A stretch of DNA of 64,000 bases from an uncultured delta proteobacterium (GCA_963814585.1 CAWFDF010000008.1:384001-448000); one strand, 5' to 3'. Positions 43,760 to 56,402 are shown, counted from the stretch's first letter. Numbers and translations: made by a program. The notes: generated by a model not told the origin, from the sequence alone.

Positions 43760-45429
43760 CTCCAGACCGCCGCCGCCAGGGCGAGGCCGAGCGACACGCG
43801 GGCCGCCAGCGGGAAGCGCCCGGCCGGCGACACGGTGGCCTCCACGGCCGCCACCAGCAGGAGCAGCGGCGCCACCAGGACCAGGATCCGCGCTGCCTCC
43901 CGGCCGCTTCGCGCCAGCGCCTCCCGCCGAGGCCACTCCCCTGGCCGGACCAGCCCGCCGGCGAGGACGAAGCCGGCCTGCCCGGCGAGAGCCAGCGCGC
44001 TCAGCTCCACCGGTCCGTGGGCCGCGACGAAGCCGGCCAGCCCCGGGCCGAGGCCAGCCTGCCAGGCCGCCACCAGCACGGCCCCCAGCAGCGCACCGTT
44101 GGCGGCGAGCAGCAACGCGGTGCCGACGCCGCCGGTGAGGCCGAGCGCGAAGCAGAGGGCCGCGACCGAGAGGTTGTTCCGTGCGATGGCGCCGCCGGCC
44201 AGTCCCGGGGCCGAGCCGAGCAGGTCGTCGGTCCAGAGCCGCCTCGCCGCCAGCGCCTCGCGAACCGAGGCCGGGATCAGCCAGCTCCACCCCTCCGGAT
44301 CGAGCGCCGTCACCAGCGCGCCGGCCAGCAGGCCCCCCGCCAGGAAGGCCGTGGCCAGGGCCAGCGCGCCGCCGTGGCGGACCACCTCCGCGGCCCCCTC
44401 GCGCCGGAGCAGCGCCACGGCGGAGCGCCAGCCGGAGCGCCGGCGCCGATGGAGCGCGGCGAAGGCGCGGGCGGCCAGCTGCGCGAGGTAGCCCTCGGCG
44501 TCGGTGCCCGGGAAGGCGCCGCGGGCGTGGGCGAGATCGCCGAGGGTCCTGCGGTAGAGGCGGTCGAGCTCCTCCACCTCGGCCACCCCCAGCCGGCCCC
44601 CGTCGACCCGCTCCAGCAGGGCGGCCAGCCGCTCCCAGCCCTCCCGGCGGGTCCGGACGAAGGCGGCCACCCCCTGTGGCCGGCCCGCGGCGAAGTCGTG
44701 GAACGCCTCCAGCATCGACTCGGCGTCGCCGGCCGCCGGGGGCGCCACGCCCGCCCGCGCGGCCAGCGCAGACGCCAGCCGCGCGGCGAGCCCGGCACGC
44801 GGCACCTCGTCGAACCCGCTCCGCCGGCGCAGGAAGTCGTCCAGCCGCTCGAAGTCGGCCGGCGCCAGCAGTCCCGGCGCCCGGCCCTTCAGCTCGCGCC
44901 AGCGGGCCTCGGCCGCCGCCAGCGCGCCGTAGCGTCCCAGGTCGAAGGGCCGCTCCTGGACCACCAGCGTCCCCGCCACCAGGTCGCCGAGTCGCTGGCG
45001 CCGGCCCGAGAGCGCCACCGCCAGCACCGCCGGGGCGTAGCCGAGCGGGAGCTCGACCACCCGGAGGGCGTTGCGCACCAGGGACGCGGGGAGCCCGACC
45101 GGCGCGCCGTCGAGCTGGACGACTCGCAGGCCGAGGACCCGCTTCCCCGGGGTCTGGCCGCGCCACCCCACCTCCCAGGCCACGTCCCACCCCCACCCCG
45201 CCGCCAGGACCGCCCCGACCACCACCAGCTGGCCGACCCAGGAGAGTCCCTGCCAGCGCCCCAGCAGGTCTCCCCAGATCGAGTAGACGAAGAGCCCTGC
45301 GATCCAGCACAGGAAGACCGCCAGGAGGTCGAGCAGCGCCGCCAGCCCGCGCGCCCCGACGCCGGCGAGCGGCAGCGACAGCGCCACCTGCCCTGGCGCC
45401 TCCACCTGCCAGTGATCGCGGCCGCCCAC
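43693..45429 (-). CDS. RDD domain + stage II sporulation protein M (DUF95) fusion
   Basis: GQTPGKRVLGLRV and QRLGDLVAGT (RDD); NNLSVA and HGPVEL (SpoIIM). Confidence 0.82.
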   Translation of the reverse strand: MGGRDHWQVEAPGQVALSLPLAGVGARGLAALLDLLAVFLCWIAGLFVYSIWGDLLGRWQGLSWVGQLVVVGAVLAAGWGWDVAWEVGWRGQTPGKRVLGLRVVQLDGAPVGLPASLVRNALRVVELPLGYAPAVLAVALSGRRQRLGDLVAGTLVVQERPFDLGRYGALAAAEARWRELKGRAPGLLAPADFERLDDFLRRRSGFDEVPRAGLAARLASALAARAGVAPPAAGDAESMLEAFHDFAAGRPQGVAAFVRTRREGWERLAALLERVDGGRLGVAEVEELDRLYRRTLGDLAHARGAFPGTDAEGYLAQLAARAFAALHRRRRSGWRSAVALLRREGAAEVVRHGGALALATAFLAGGLLAGALVTALDPEGWSWLIPASVREALAARRLWTDDLLGSAPGLAGGAIARNNLSVAALCFALGLTGGVGTALLLAANGALLGAVLVAAWQAGLGPGLAGFVAAHGPVELSALALAGQAGFVLAGGLVRPGEWPRREALARSGREAARILVLVAPLLLLVAAVEATVSPAGRFPLAARVSLGLALAAAVWSYLWRAGRAAAAEPASARGASR

Positions 45430-45614
45430 GGGCGGAGCATAGCCCGCGGCCCACGCTGGCGCTCCACCCGGCAGGTGGCACGGTCGACCTCGGGCCCTGG
45501 AACGGTCCGAGGCCCGACCCCTCCGCCCTCCGCGGGGCGCCGCTGGTCGGCCCGGCGATCTCGGGCGGCGTCATCGCCCGGCTGCGGGCCCGGCTCGGGC
45601 CACGAGCTGGCCGC

Positions 45615-45905
45615 TCATCCCCGGGCCACGGCCCGGTTCTGCTCGCGCAGCTCGTTGACGGCGTAGATGCCCTGGGCCCAGAGGACTCCCTGGGTGAAGC
45701 CGAGCCAGCGCATGGCCCGCTCCCGTTCTCCGGCGTCGAGCGCCCTCTGGATCTCCAGGCACATCCAGGCCGTGTGCTCCAGCTGGCGGCTGCGCGGGAA
45801 GCTGGCCGTGGTCCGATCGAAGTCGATCTGGGCCGGACGGTATCCCTCCCGCTCCAGCCGGTCCTGGTAGGCCTTCACCACCTGCTTCACCTGCGCGTCG
45901 GTCAC
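45615..45905 (-). CDS. Hypothetical protein
   Basis: AGGAG SD, typical codon usage, AMRWLGFTQGVLW motif. Confidence 0.65.
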   Translation of the reverse strand: MTDAQVKQVVKAYQDRLEREGYRPAQIDFDRTTASFPRSRQLEHTAWMCLEIQRALDAGERERAMRWLGFTQGVLWAQGIYAVNELREQNRAVARG

Positions 45906-46023
45906 GGCGTGGCTCCTCGCGGCGTCGGTTGGGAATGCAGGATACCAGCCCGGGCGCCATCTCCAACCCGGCCAGCCACCCTGCAGCCGTGGTATCTAGC
46001 CACCGCGACGTGCGGCGGGTTCC

Positions 46024-46095
46024 GAGGCGCTAGCTCAATGGTAGAGCATTGGCCTTTTAAGCCAGTGGCTGTGGGTTCGAGTCCCACGCGCCTCA
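46024..46095 (+). tRNA. tRNA-Lys(TTT)
   Basis: gaggcgc acceptor stem, ttggc-cttttaa-gccag anticodon arm, gtggg-ttcgagt-cccac T arm. Confidence 0.92.
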
Positions 46096-46097
46096 TT

Positions 46098-46146
46098 GCG
46101 GCGCTCCGTCCCGGTGGCCCGGTGGGGAGCGGAGCGCCGCCTTTTC
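46098..46146 (+). terminator. Putative terminator after tRNA-Lys
   Basis: gcggcgctccg...cggagcgccgc followed by ctttt. Confidence 0.6.
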
Positions 46147-46180
46147 GACGGTGAGCACGGGAGCGGCTACACTCGCCGGC

Positions 46181-47080
46181 ATGCCCGCACCCGACCACTC
46201 CGGCCCCGTTCCCGCCGCGACGTGGCGCCTCGCCTTCGGCGCCGCGCTCCTGCTGTCCATCGCCGGCACCGGTGGCGCGGAGGACCGCGGCCCGCGGCTC
46301 GAGCTCTTCTACGGTCCCAACGAGACCACGCAGGTCACGCTGGCGTCGCTGAGCGCCGAGCTCGACGGCCGACCGCTCCCGCTGGAGATGCCGGCGCCCA
46401 CCAGCCCGGCGACGCAGCCGTTCTACACGGGGCCGCTCGCGCCCGGGAAGCACCGGCTGGTGGTGTCGGTGACGATGGTGGGCGACAGCGCGGTCTTCCG
46501 CTACGTCAAGGACTACCGGTTCGACATGCGCGGCGCGCTGGACTTCGCCTCGGCGGAGGAGGGCGTCGTCCAGGCCACCGTCAAGGTCACGGACCGGCTC
46601 CGCGTCGACGTCGAGTGGTACGACAGGTACGCGCTGGCGTTCTCGGCGGTCCGCACCGTCCCGCCGCCCTCGCCGACCGCGCAGCGTGAGGCGCCCGTGG
46701 CGCCCGCCGCCCCGGCCGTCGCGGTCGCTCCGATCGCCGCCTGCGCCATGGAGCCGCTCCACTTCAAGTTCACCCAGTCCACGCTCTCCCCCCGGGCCAG
46801 GGGCTCGCTCGACCGGTTCGCCGCCTGCCTGGCAGGCAGCGGCTCCCGGGTGACGCTGGTCGGCCACTGCGATCGGCGCGGCTCCGCGGCGCTCAACCAG
46901 CGGCTGGGGAGGGAGCGGGCCGACTCCGCCGCCAGGTACCTGGTGGCCGCGGGAATCGCCGCCGGGCGCATCGGCGTCGAGTCCAGGGGCGCCCTGGAGC
47001 CAGTCTGTCCCGAGCCCAGCGCCGCCTGCCACGCGCGAAACCGGCGCGTCGTCGCCAGCGTCGCCATCCCGGCCCGGTAG
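46181..47080 (+). CDS. OmpA-family peptidoglycan-binding protein
   Basis: C-terminal GHCDRRGS..NQRLG..RA..SRG..NRRV; signal-like N-terminus. Confidence 0.85.
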   Translation: MPAPDHSGPVPAATWRLAFGAALLLSIAGTGGAEDRGPRLELFYGPNETTQVTLASLSAELDGRPLPLEMPAPTSPATQPFYTGPLAPGKHRLVVSVTMVGDSAVFRYVKDYRFDMRGALDFASAEEGVVQATVKVTDRLRVDVEWYDRYALAFSAVRTVPPPSPTAQREAPVAPAAPAVAVAPIAACAMEPLHFKFTQSTLSPRARGSLDRFAACLAGSGSRVTLVGHCDRRGSAALNQRLGRERADSAARYLVAAGIAAGRIGVESRGALEPVCPEPSAACHARNRRVVASVAIPAR

Positions 47081-47100
47081 GGCGCCGTCCCGATCCCGCC

Positions 47101-47985
47101 TCACCACCACCGCAGGTCCAGCACCACCGGCCGGTGATCCGAGGCCGCCGCCACGTCGGGGCCGTCCGCCACCCATCCGGCCAGCAGCCTCCCCTCCTGC
47201 GCTCCTCGCACCGCCAGGTGATCGAGGGCCTCCCGCCGCCGCCCGTCGCTCCAGGTCCAGTCGGCCGGCCCCGCCGCGGCGCTCTCCGGCCCCGCCCCGC
47301 CCGCCCCGTCGATCCATCGCCCATCACCGAACAGCGGCTGGAGCGCCGCCGCCGTGGCCTCGTCGTTCAGGTCGCCGCCGGCCAGCACCAGCGCGCCGGG
47401 GTCGGCCGCGGCCGCGCCATCGGCCAGGGCCCGGAGCCGGGCCGCCTGGGCGCACCGGCGCGCCCCGTCGGGATCGGAGAGGCGCGAGGAGAGGTGCGTC
47501 CCCACCAGGACCAGGCGCAGCCGGCCGAGTGCCAGCCTGGCCTCCACGGCGTCCCGCGGCCAGAGGCGCCGGCCGTCGGCGCCCAGCTCGCCGGCGTGGC
47601 TCCGGTAGCCCGCCACCGGCCACCGCGAGAGGAGCGCCACGTCGATGCCGCGCGGGTCGTTCCCCTCCAGCAGGTGCGCCTCGACATAGCCGGCTCGGGA
47701 GGCCAGCCGCAGCAGCAGCGGCAGCCGCTCCACCTCCTGGAGCAGCACGACGTCGGCGTCGAGGCGGCGCAGCACCGTGGCCACCGCGTCGAGCCTGGAC
47801 TCGACCTCGGCCGGCGGAACGGCCGGGTCGAGGGTGCCGGGATCCGCCACCTCGTCGAAGAGGTCGTGGACGTTCCAGCTGGCCACCCGGACCACGGCGG
47901 CCGGGTGCGCGGATGAGCCGCCGGTCCGCGCCGTGGACGGGCCGCAGGCGCACAGCAGCGGAATCACGAGGGCGAGCGAGCGCAT
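47101..47985 (-). CDS. Endonuclease/exonuclease/phosphatase family lipoprotein
   Basis: Lipobox LCAC; SWNV, LQEVE, GGDLND, LDH and SDHRPV motifs. Confidence 0.88.
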   Translation of the reverse strand: MRSLALVIPLLCACGPSTARTGGSSAHPAAVVRVASWNVHDLFDEVADPGTLDPAVPPAEVESRLDAVATVLRRLDADVVLLQEVERLPLLLRLASRAGYVEAHLLEGNDPRGIDVALLSRWPVAGYRSHAGELGADGRRLWPRDAVEARLALGRLRLVLVGTHLSSRLSDPDGARRCAQAARLRALADGAAAADPGALVLAGGDLNDEATAAALQPLFGDGRWIDGAGGAGPESAAAGPADWTWSDGRRREALDHLAVRGAQEGRLLAGWVADGPDVAAASDHRPVVLDLRWW

Positions 47986-48036
47986 CACCCCACGCCCGTG
48001 CAAGCCGTGGCCCACCAGCTGGCCACCCGCGGGCGG

Positions 48037-49668
48037 TCAGTACATGGAGTAGATCGACACCAGCGCGCTGCCCCCGAACGGGAGCGAGCTGCTCTCCTCG
48101 GCCAGGTCGACGGCGGCGCGGGCCAGCACCGAGAGACGGAGCCCGATGTGGCGGGTCAGCTCGGTGGACGCGGAGAGGTAGAGCCCGTACTCGTCCTGGT
48201 CGAGCCCGAGGCTGGCCGTGTAGGCCCAGCTCAGCCGGGCGATGAGCCGCAGGGAGTCCGTCGGCTGGGCCACGGCCTGCAGCCAGGCGCTGCGACCGTC
48301 GAGCCAGCCCGTGTCCTCCTGGTACCCGGCCGACAGCGACACGCGCCGCGAGATGAACCGCGGCACCACCACCTCCGGTCCCACCCAAGACCGCTCCAGC
48401 CCGGACTCCAGGTCGCGGGCGGTCCCGCCCGCCAGCCCCAGCCGCAGCGGGCCGAAGTCCCAGGAGACCTGGGCATCGCCATGGCGGGAGCGGCCCGCCC
48501 AGGCCATGGGCGTGAAGGTCTGCGGCATGAGCAGCTCGCTGTAGTCGTAGGCCCCGGAGAGCGTCAGCCGCGGGACCGGACGCACCGCGGCCTCGACGCG
48601 GGCACCGTCGAGACCCGCCGGCGAGTTGACCAGGCCGCCAAACCCGAAGCGGGCGTCGGCGAAGACGTCGAGCCAGCCGCCGGCGTGGGCCGAGCCGCCC
48701 AGCTCCAGCTCCAGGCGATCGCCCAGCTCCGGCGAGCGCACCCCGGCCAGGCGCCCCTCCTGCCGGATCACGAGGTCCTTGCCCAGCTTCCCGTCCCAGC
48801 TCCAGAAGCCGCCGGCGGTGGCGCGGGTGGTGGTGAACCCGGTGGTGTCGGGCTGCGGGACCAGGCCACCGAGCAGGCCGGCGGTGAGGCTCCCCCGGCG
48901 CCAGCTCACCACGGCGCCGTCCATCGAGGTCGCGCCAGGGACGTTCCGGGCCAGCACCCGCCCCGCCGAGACCGAGAACGGCCGGGCCTCGGGCGCCCAG
49001 TTGAGCTGGGCCTGCCAGACGAACAGCCGGGCCTTGTCGGCGGGGAGGAAGACCGCCCCGGCCGGCTGGGCCGACCAGTACTCGGCGCGCAGGTCGACGT
49101 CGGCGGTGAAGGGACCGACCGGGGCGCCGTGCAGGGCGGCGTCGGCGCGATCGGCGTGGTAGGTGCCGAGGTCGACGCTCCACCAGCTGACGTCGGAGAA
49201 GGTGAACTCGCCGACGACGTCCCGGGGGGCGTCGAGGGAACGGGTGGTGGCCGGCCTGGCCTTGGCCTCCACCAGCGCCACCGGCGTCGCCGACGCCAGC
49301 TCGGCCCGGCGAGCCAGCTCGGCCTCGCTCGGCAGCGGCGGGAGCCTGACCGCCTTCACCTCGGCGGAGGTGCGCCCAGGAAGGCGGGCGAGGTCACCGG
49401 GCCGCGCCCCTGCGACGGAGCAGGTGGCGTGGTTCGGCGCGACCAGCTCGACGGCGCAGCGGCCGACCTCGGCCAGGCCCCGGCGAAGCACCAGCGCCTG
49501 CCCCACCTCCAGCCCGTCGTCGGAGCCGGCGTCGAGGTAGGCCCGCGCGCCGGTGACCTGCACCACCCGGGCGAAACCCGGGAGCTGGTGGCGCGGCGGC
49601 GGCGACGTCTCGAGCGGACTGGCCGGGGGGGTGGCGGCGAGCGCCAGGGCGAGGATGGAGGCGAGCAC
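48037..49668 (-). CDS. Putative outer-membrane beta-barrel (porin of a porin-cytochrome complex)
   Basis: Signal peptide, ~380 aa of alternating aromatic-rich strands, C-terminal ...VSIYSMY; follows the multiheme genes directly. Confidence 0.7.
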   Translation of the reverse strand: MLASILALALAATPPASPLETSPPPRHQLPGFARVVQVTGARAYLDAGSDDGLEVGQALVLRRGLAEVGRCAVELVAPNHATCSVAGARPGDLARLPGRTSAEVKAVRLPPLPSEAELARRAELASATPVALVEAKARPATTRSLDAPRDVVGEFTFSDVSWWSVDLGTYHADRADAALHGAPVGPFTADVDLRAEYWSAQPAGAVFLPADKARLFVWQAQLNWAPEARPFSVSAGRVLARNVPGATSMDGAVVSWRRGSLTAGLLGGLVPQPDTTGFTTTRATAGGFWSWDGKLGKDLVIRQEGRLAGVRSPELGDRLELELGGSAHAGGWLDVFADARFGFGGLVNSPAGLDGARVEAAVRPVPRLTLSGAYDYSELLMPQTFTPMAWAGRSRHGDAQVSWDFGPLRLGLAGGTARDLESGLERSWVGPEVVVPRFISRRVSLSAGYQEDTGWLDGRSAWLQAVAQPTDSLRLIARLSWAYTASLGLDQDEYGLYLSASTELTRHIGLRLSVLARAAVDLAEESSSLPFGGSALVSIYSMY

Positions 49669-49671
49669 GTC

Positions 49672-51124
49672 CTACGCCTCTCCCGCTCTTGTGGCAGACG
49701 TAGCAGCCGGTCGGAGGCGGTCCGAGGGTTCCCTTGGCCTCGCCGAAGTCGGCCCCCCAGACCTTGTCGGTGCGCATCCTCGAGTGGCAGGTGAGGCAGC
49801 CGGCGGTGCGGTGATCGCCCTGGCCGAAGCCGCTGTCACCGCGGTCGTGGGAGGTTACCCGGTCCACCTGCGCGTCGGCGTGGCACCGCAGGCAGCTGCC
49901 GGCTGTCGGCCATGTCGAGCTGCACGGTGGTCTTGGTTCCCTCGGAGACGGTCGCCGTCCGGTAACTGGTGATGGTGTACCCGGTGATGGAGTGGGCCGC
50001 CGCCAGGGTCGGCGGCGTGGTCAGCCCGGCGTGGCAGGAGGCGCAGGCGAGCGCCGACAGGTCCTTCCGGTCGGCCGGGTTGGTGTGGCACTGCGCGCAG
50101 CCGATTCCGGCGTGCTTGGTCCCGGCGGCGCGCGGAAAGAGCTGCTCGTGGTTGGCGGGCGCTCCCGCGCCGCCGTCGGCGTGGCAGGCCAGGCAGGCGG
50201 CGGAGAGCCCCTGGGCGGTCACGGTGCTGCGTGAAGTCCGACACCGAGGCGTGCAGCGTGGTCAGAGCCTGGAGTCTCGTCGTGGAAGGCCGAGCCGCCC
50301 ACGGTCACGTGGCAGCCGACGCAGGTGGTCACCTTGAAGTCGGCCACGAAGGTCCGCGGCGGGGTGGTCCTGTTCTGCGGGTGGCAGGCGAGGCAGGCGC
50401 CGCCGGCCGCGCCGGCATGCACCCCGACGCCGATGGGGAACCCCGGCCCGGCCGAGTGGCCGGTGACGGTCACCGGGACCTTGCCGTCCTCGTGGCAGCG
50501 GGCGCAGAGCGTCGAGTCGGTCGCCGAGAAGCCGGGGACCTGCGCGTGGGCGGTGGCGGTGGCAGGGAGGCTGTGCGGATGGCAGCTGGCGCAGCCCAGC
50601 ACCTTGCGGTTGGCCTGGTCGGTATGGCAGTCGGCGCACTTGGCGACGATGGTGGCGGCGGCGTCCTGGTGCGGCAGGAGGAGCCGGGTGTCGTGGTCCA
50701 CGGCGATGCCGCTGAAGTGGCAGGAGCGGCAGGCGGCGTCGAGCGGGGCCACGCCGGCCACGTTGGCGGCGGCCACGGTCGAGTCGAACTGGCTCACCCC
50801 GGCGGCGACGTGCCAGGCGCTCGCCACGGCCTGGGAATCGTCGTGCCAGAGGCCGCTGCGGAGCAGGACGTGGCACCTGGTGCAGGTGTAGACCTTGAAG
50901 CTGGCGGACGGCGCGGCCGCGGCCTTGTCGTAGTGGCAGCCGTTGCAGTCGGCGGCCGCCTGGCCGACCGGCGGCCCGTGGGGCTCGCCCGAGGTGATGG
51001 GGAAGTGCTGGGCGGAGTGCTGCGCCGCGTCGGGCATGGAGAGCCAGGCGTCGGTGCCATCCGACTCCTTGCAGCCCGTGGCGAGCAGGGCCGCGATGGT
51101 GAGCGCCGCGAGTCCGTGCCTCAT
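49672..51124 (-). CDS. Multiheme cytochrome c lipoprotein (~14 CxxCH), interrupted by ~4 apparent single-base insertions
   Basis: Lipobox LATGC; 8+3+3 CxxCH motifs spread over successive frames. Confidence 0.8.
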
Positions 51125-52029
51125 GGTCCAACCCTCCTACCCAGCGGCGCCAGCTTCGGCGCGCCGGTCGAGAAGCGGTGACACTCGTAGCAGCGCTGGT
51201 TCGACGGGGCGAAGCCGGGGACGGCGTCGTGCTCGGTCGGGTCGTGGCACCCCATGCAGTTGGCGGGCGGCGTGGCGGTGCAGGTGAGCGGGCCCGGTGG
51301 GACGGCCGGCAGTCCGAAGGTGTGGCAGTCCTGGCACCTGATCCCGGCGTGCTTGCCCGAGCTGATCTGGAAGCAGGTGTCGTGCTCCTTCCAGGTGCCC
51401 GGCGAGAAGCGCCAGGTCGAGTGGCAGCCGCGGCAGTCGGTGGGGAAGGTGCCGGCGTGCGGGATGGAGGCGGTGGCGGTGCGATCGTAGTCGGCCTGGT
51501 GGCAGGCGACGCACTGCGAGGTGGGGCGCGCGAAGGCGCGATCGCGCCGGTCGCCGTGGCACTGCTCGCAGGGGATGACGGCGTGCCGCCCGGTGAGCGG
51601 GAAGTTGGTGCGCCGGTGGGCCTCGGGCCCGAAGCTGGCCTCCTTCCACGAGCCGGTGTCGTGGCAGCGGTCGCAGCGGGCCCCCAGGCGGCGGGCGTGG
51701 ACGTCGCGGTGGCACGCCGAGCAGGCCTTGGCCACCGGGTCGTCGTAGCGGCCGCTGGCATGGCAGGCCCGGCAGGTGACCGCCTGGTGGCGGCCGGTGA
51801 GCGGGAAGCCGGTCCGCTCGTGCGAGAAGGTCACCTGCTTCCAGTCCTCGGCCGTGTGGCAGGCGGCGCAGCGGGTCCTGCCGCCGGCGTGGCCGCCGGG
51901 GCGCGGGGCGAGGTCCGCGGCGGGCTGGGACCTGGCCGGCGCCAGGACCGGCGCCGGGGCCTGGGCCGGCGCCTGGGCCTGGGCCGGCGCTCCGGCCAGG
52001 AGGAGCAGGGCGATGAGCGTCGCGGTCAC
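51121..52029 (-). CDS. Decaheme cytochrome c, secreted
   Basis: Signal peptide, 10 CxxCH motifs, FPLTGRH repeats. Confidence 0.9.
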   Translation of the reverse strand: MTATLIALLLLAGAPAQAQAPAQAPAPVLAPARSQPAADLAPRPGGHAGGRTRCAACHTAEDWKQVTFSHERTGFPLTGRHQAVTCRACHASGRYDDPVAKACSACHRDVHARRLGARCDRCHDTGSWKEASFGPEAHRRTNFPLTGRHAVIPCEQCHGDRRDRAFARPTSQCVACHQADYDRTATASIPHAGTFPTDCRGCHSTWRFSPGTWKEHDTCFQISSGKHAGIRCQDCHTFGLPAVPPGPLTCTATPPANCMGCHDPTEHDAVPGFAPSNQRCYECHRFSTGAPKLAPLGRRVGP

Positions 52030-53818
52030 GGCTGGAACCCCTTGAAGGTGCCGCGGTGGAAGTCGGCGTGGCACCACTCGCAGGCGAGCGGCAGGGGCTT
52101 GTAGCGGCGGACGATCACGCCGTTCCCCACCGCCACCGGCAGGTGGCACTTCTCGCAGGCCAGCGGCTTGTGCTTTCCCTCCAGCTTGAAGCGCGAGTCG
52201 CGCTGGTGATCGAACCGGAGGTTCTCCTTCCAGCTGGCGGTGTCATGGCAGCGGGCGCAGTCGGTCCCCTTCCCCGGCAGCGCCAGCTGGCCGGCGTGAA
52301 CGTCGGCGTGGCAGCCGGCGCAGGTCAGGGGGAGCGGCTTGTAGCGCACCACGCCGCCCTCTCCGGGCGGGTGGCAGGAGGCGCAGGCGGCCCTGGCGTG
52401 CTTGCCGGTGAGCGGGAACCTGCTGTCCTTGGCGTGGTCGAAGCGGGCCTTCTTGAACGAGTCGAGGCCGTGGCAGGCGGCGCAGCCGCCGGCGTCGGTG
52501 CGGGCCTTGAACTGGCCGGCGTGGGGATCGCGGTGGCAGGTGCGGCAGTCGTTGGCGCGCGGGATCTTGAGGAGCGCCAGGCTCGGCTTCACCGGCCGGC
52601 CCTGCTGCTCCAGCCGGGCCCGGACCGCCGCCGGCACCCTGGCCTCCAGGCGGACGTCCTTGGGGTGGCAGGAGGCGCAGGCGACGGCGCGGTGGGCGCC
52701 CTCGAGCCGGTAGCCGAGCTTGTCGTGGTCCTCGGCCTCGAAGCGGACCGGGGTGAAGCCCTCCACGGTGTGGCAGCGCTCGCAGGTCTGGGCCGGCGCA
52801 GCGGCCAGCGGGAGCTGACCGAGGTGGGCGTCCATGTGGCAGGTGGTGCACTGGTCGAACTTGAGGCCGCGGTACACCGTCTTCCCCTTGGCCACCGGGA
52901 CGTGGCAGGCCTCGCAGCGAGCCTGCAGGTGCGCGCCGCGCAGCGGGTACTTGGTCTTCTCGTGGAAGGCCTTCTCCTTGGCGAGGCCGCGGACCTTCTT
53001 CCAGTCGTCGGTGGCGTGGCAAGACTGGCAGGCGGCGCCGAAGCGCCCCTGGTGCGGATCCTTGTGGCAGTCGGTGCAGGCCTGGAACGGGATGGGCTTG
53101 TACCGGGCGAACAGCGCCGGCCGGACCGGCGGGGTGCGCGGACCGAGGTCGCCGGCCGGCGGCGCGGGCTGGTCGGCGTGGCACTTCAGGCAGGCCACCT
53201 TGGCGTGCTTGAGCTCCAGCCGGTAGGCCGCCTTGTTGTGGTCGAAGCGGGCCGGCTTCCAGGCCTCGGCGGTGTGGCACTTCTGGCAGTCGGGACCGAG
53301 CTGGCCGCGGTGCTCGTCGAAGTGGCAGGCGGCGCAGGCGGTCGGGGCGCCCAGCTGGCTCTCGCGCCCCTTGGCGATCACCTGGAGGACCTCACCGTCC
53401 GTGACGTGGCGCCGGTCGTGGCACCTGGCGCAGTCCGGCTTGCGGTGCTTGCCCTCCAGCGGGTAGCCGGTGCGGGCGTGGTCGAAGCCCTTCCTGCCGC
53501 CCGGTCCCCAGTCGACCAGCTTCAGGTCTCGTCCGGCGTGCTCGTGGTGGCAGAGCTGGCAGGCCCGCTCCTCCGGCTTGAGCCGGCCGTGGAGCCCCTT
53601 GCCGGCAGCCACCCGCCCCTGCAGCTCCTTGTGGCAGGCCAGGCAGTTCGCCGGGCTGAGCTGCTCGCCGGCGGCGTGGCACTTGGTGCAGTTGGCGAGC
53701 CCCTCCAGCGCGGCATGCGCCTTCGAGAGCTCCCCGGGCGAGAAGACGTCGGCGCCCGCCCCGGAGGCCGAGAGCGCCAGCAGCAGGGCCACGGCGGCCC
53801 GGGCGTGGAGGCCCGTGC

Positions 53819-53822
<4 letters not shown>
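52026..53822 (-). CDS. 20-heme cytochrome c, secreted
   Basis: Signal peptide, SPGELSKAHA, 20 CxxCH motifs in FDH..YPL.GKH repeats. Confidence 0.92.
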
Positions 53823-56029
<2,207 letters not shown>

Positions 56030-56281
56030 GCGCCGCTCATCACCTCGGTGGCCGGGCGGAGGAGTGGCTCCTCCCGGCCCGAGAGTACCCCACGTGACGC
56101 CGTGCGCCATCACCCCCCGCGGAGAGGCGCATCAGGACGGGTTCGAGGGCCCACTCTATCGCGAACGGCCGCCCGGATGGGAGCCCGCCCCTCGTTCGCC
56201 GGGAGTGAACTCCGACTTACCCCGGACCACACATCCGACCACATCCCGGGCCCGCCAGCGCCGCCGCGTCCGGTCGGCTCT

Positions 56282-56310
56282 TTGACACCGGCGCGGCCAT
56301 TGGGTAGGAA
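56282..56310 (+). promoter_or_regulatory. sigma70-type promoter for the tRNA-Glu pair
   Basis: TTGACA-17-TAGGAA, 7 bp before the tRNA. Confidence 0.7.
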
Positions 56311-56317
56311 CCCCACC

Positions 56318-56392
56318 GACCCCATCGTCTAGAGGCCCAGGACGCCGCCTTTCTCGAGGCGGAAACCAGCGGTTCGAATCCCTGTGGGGTCA
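56318..56392 (+). tRNA. tRNA-Glu (probably CTC), with irregular anticodon loop and T stem
   Basis: gacccca/tggggtc acceptor, ccgcc-tttctcga-ggcgg (8-nt loop), one extra base in the T stem. Confidence 0.75.
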
Positions 56393-56402
56393 CTGTCCTC
56401 CC

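Noticed and set aside
56124..56154. gaggcgc...gggttcgagggcccac resembling tRNA-Lys ends (possible att scar)
   Set aside because: The match is short and gapped, and no integrase is present.
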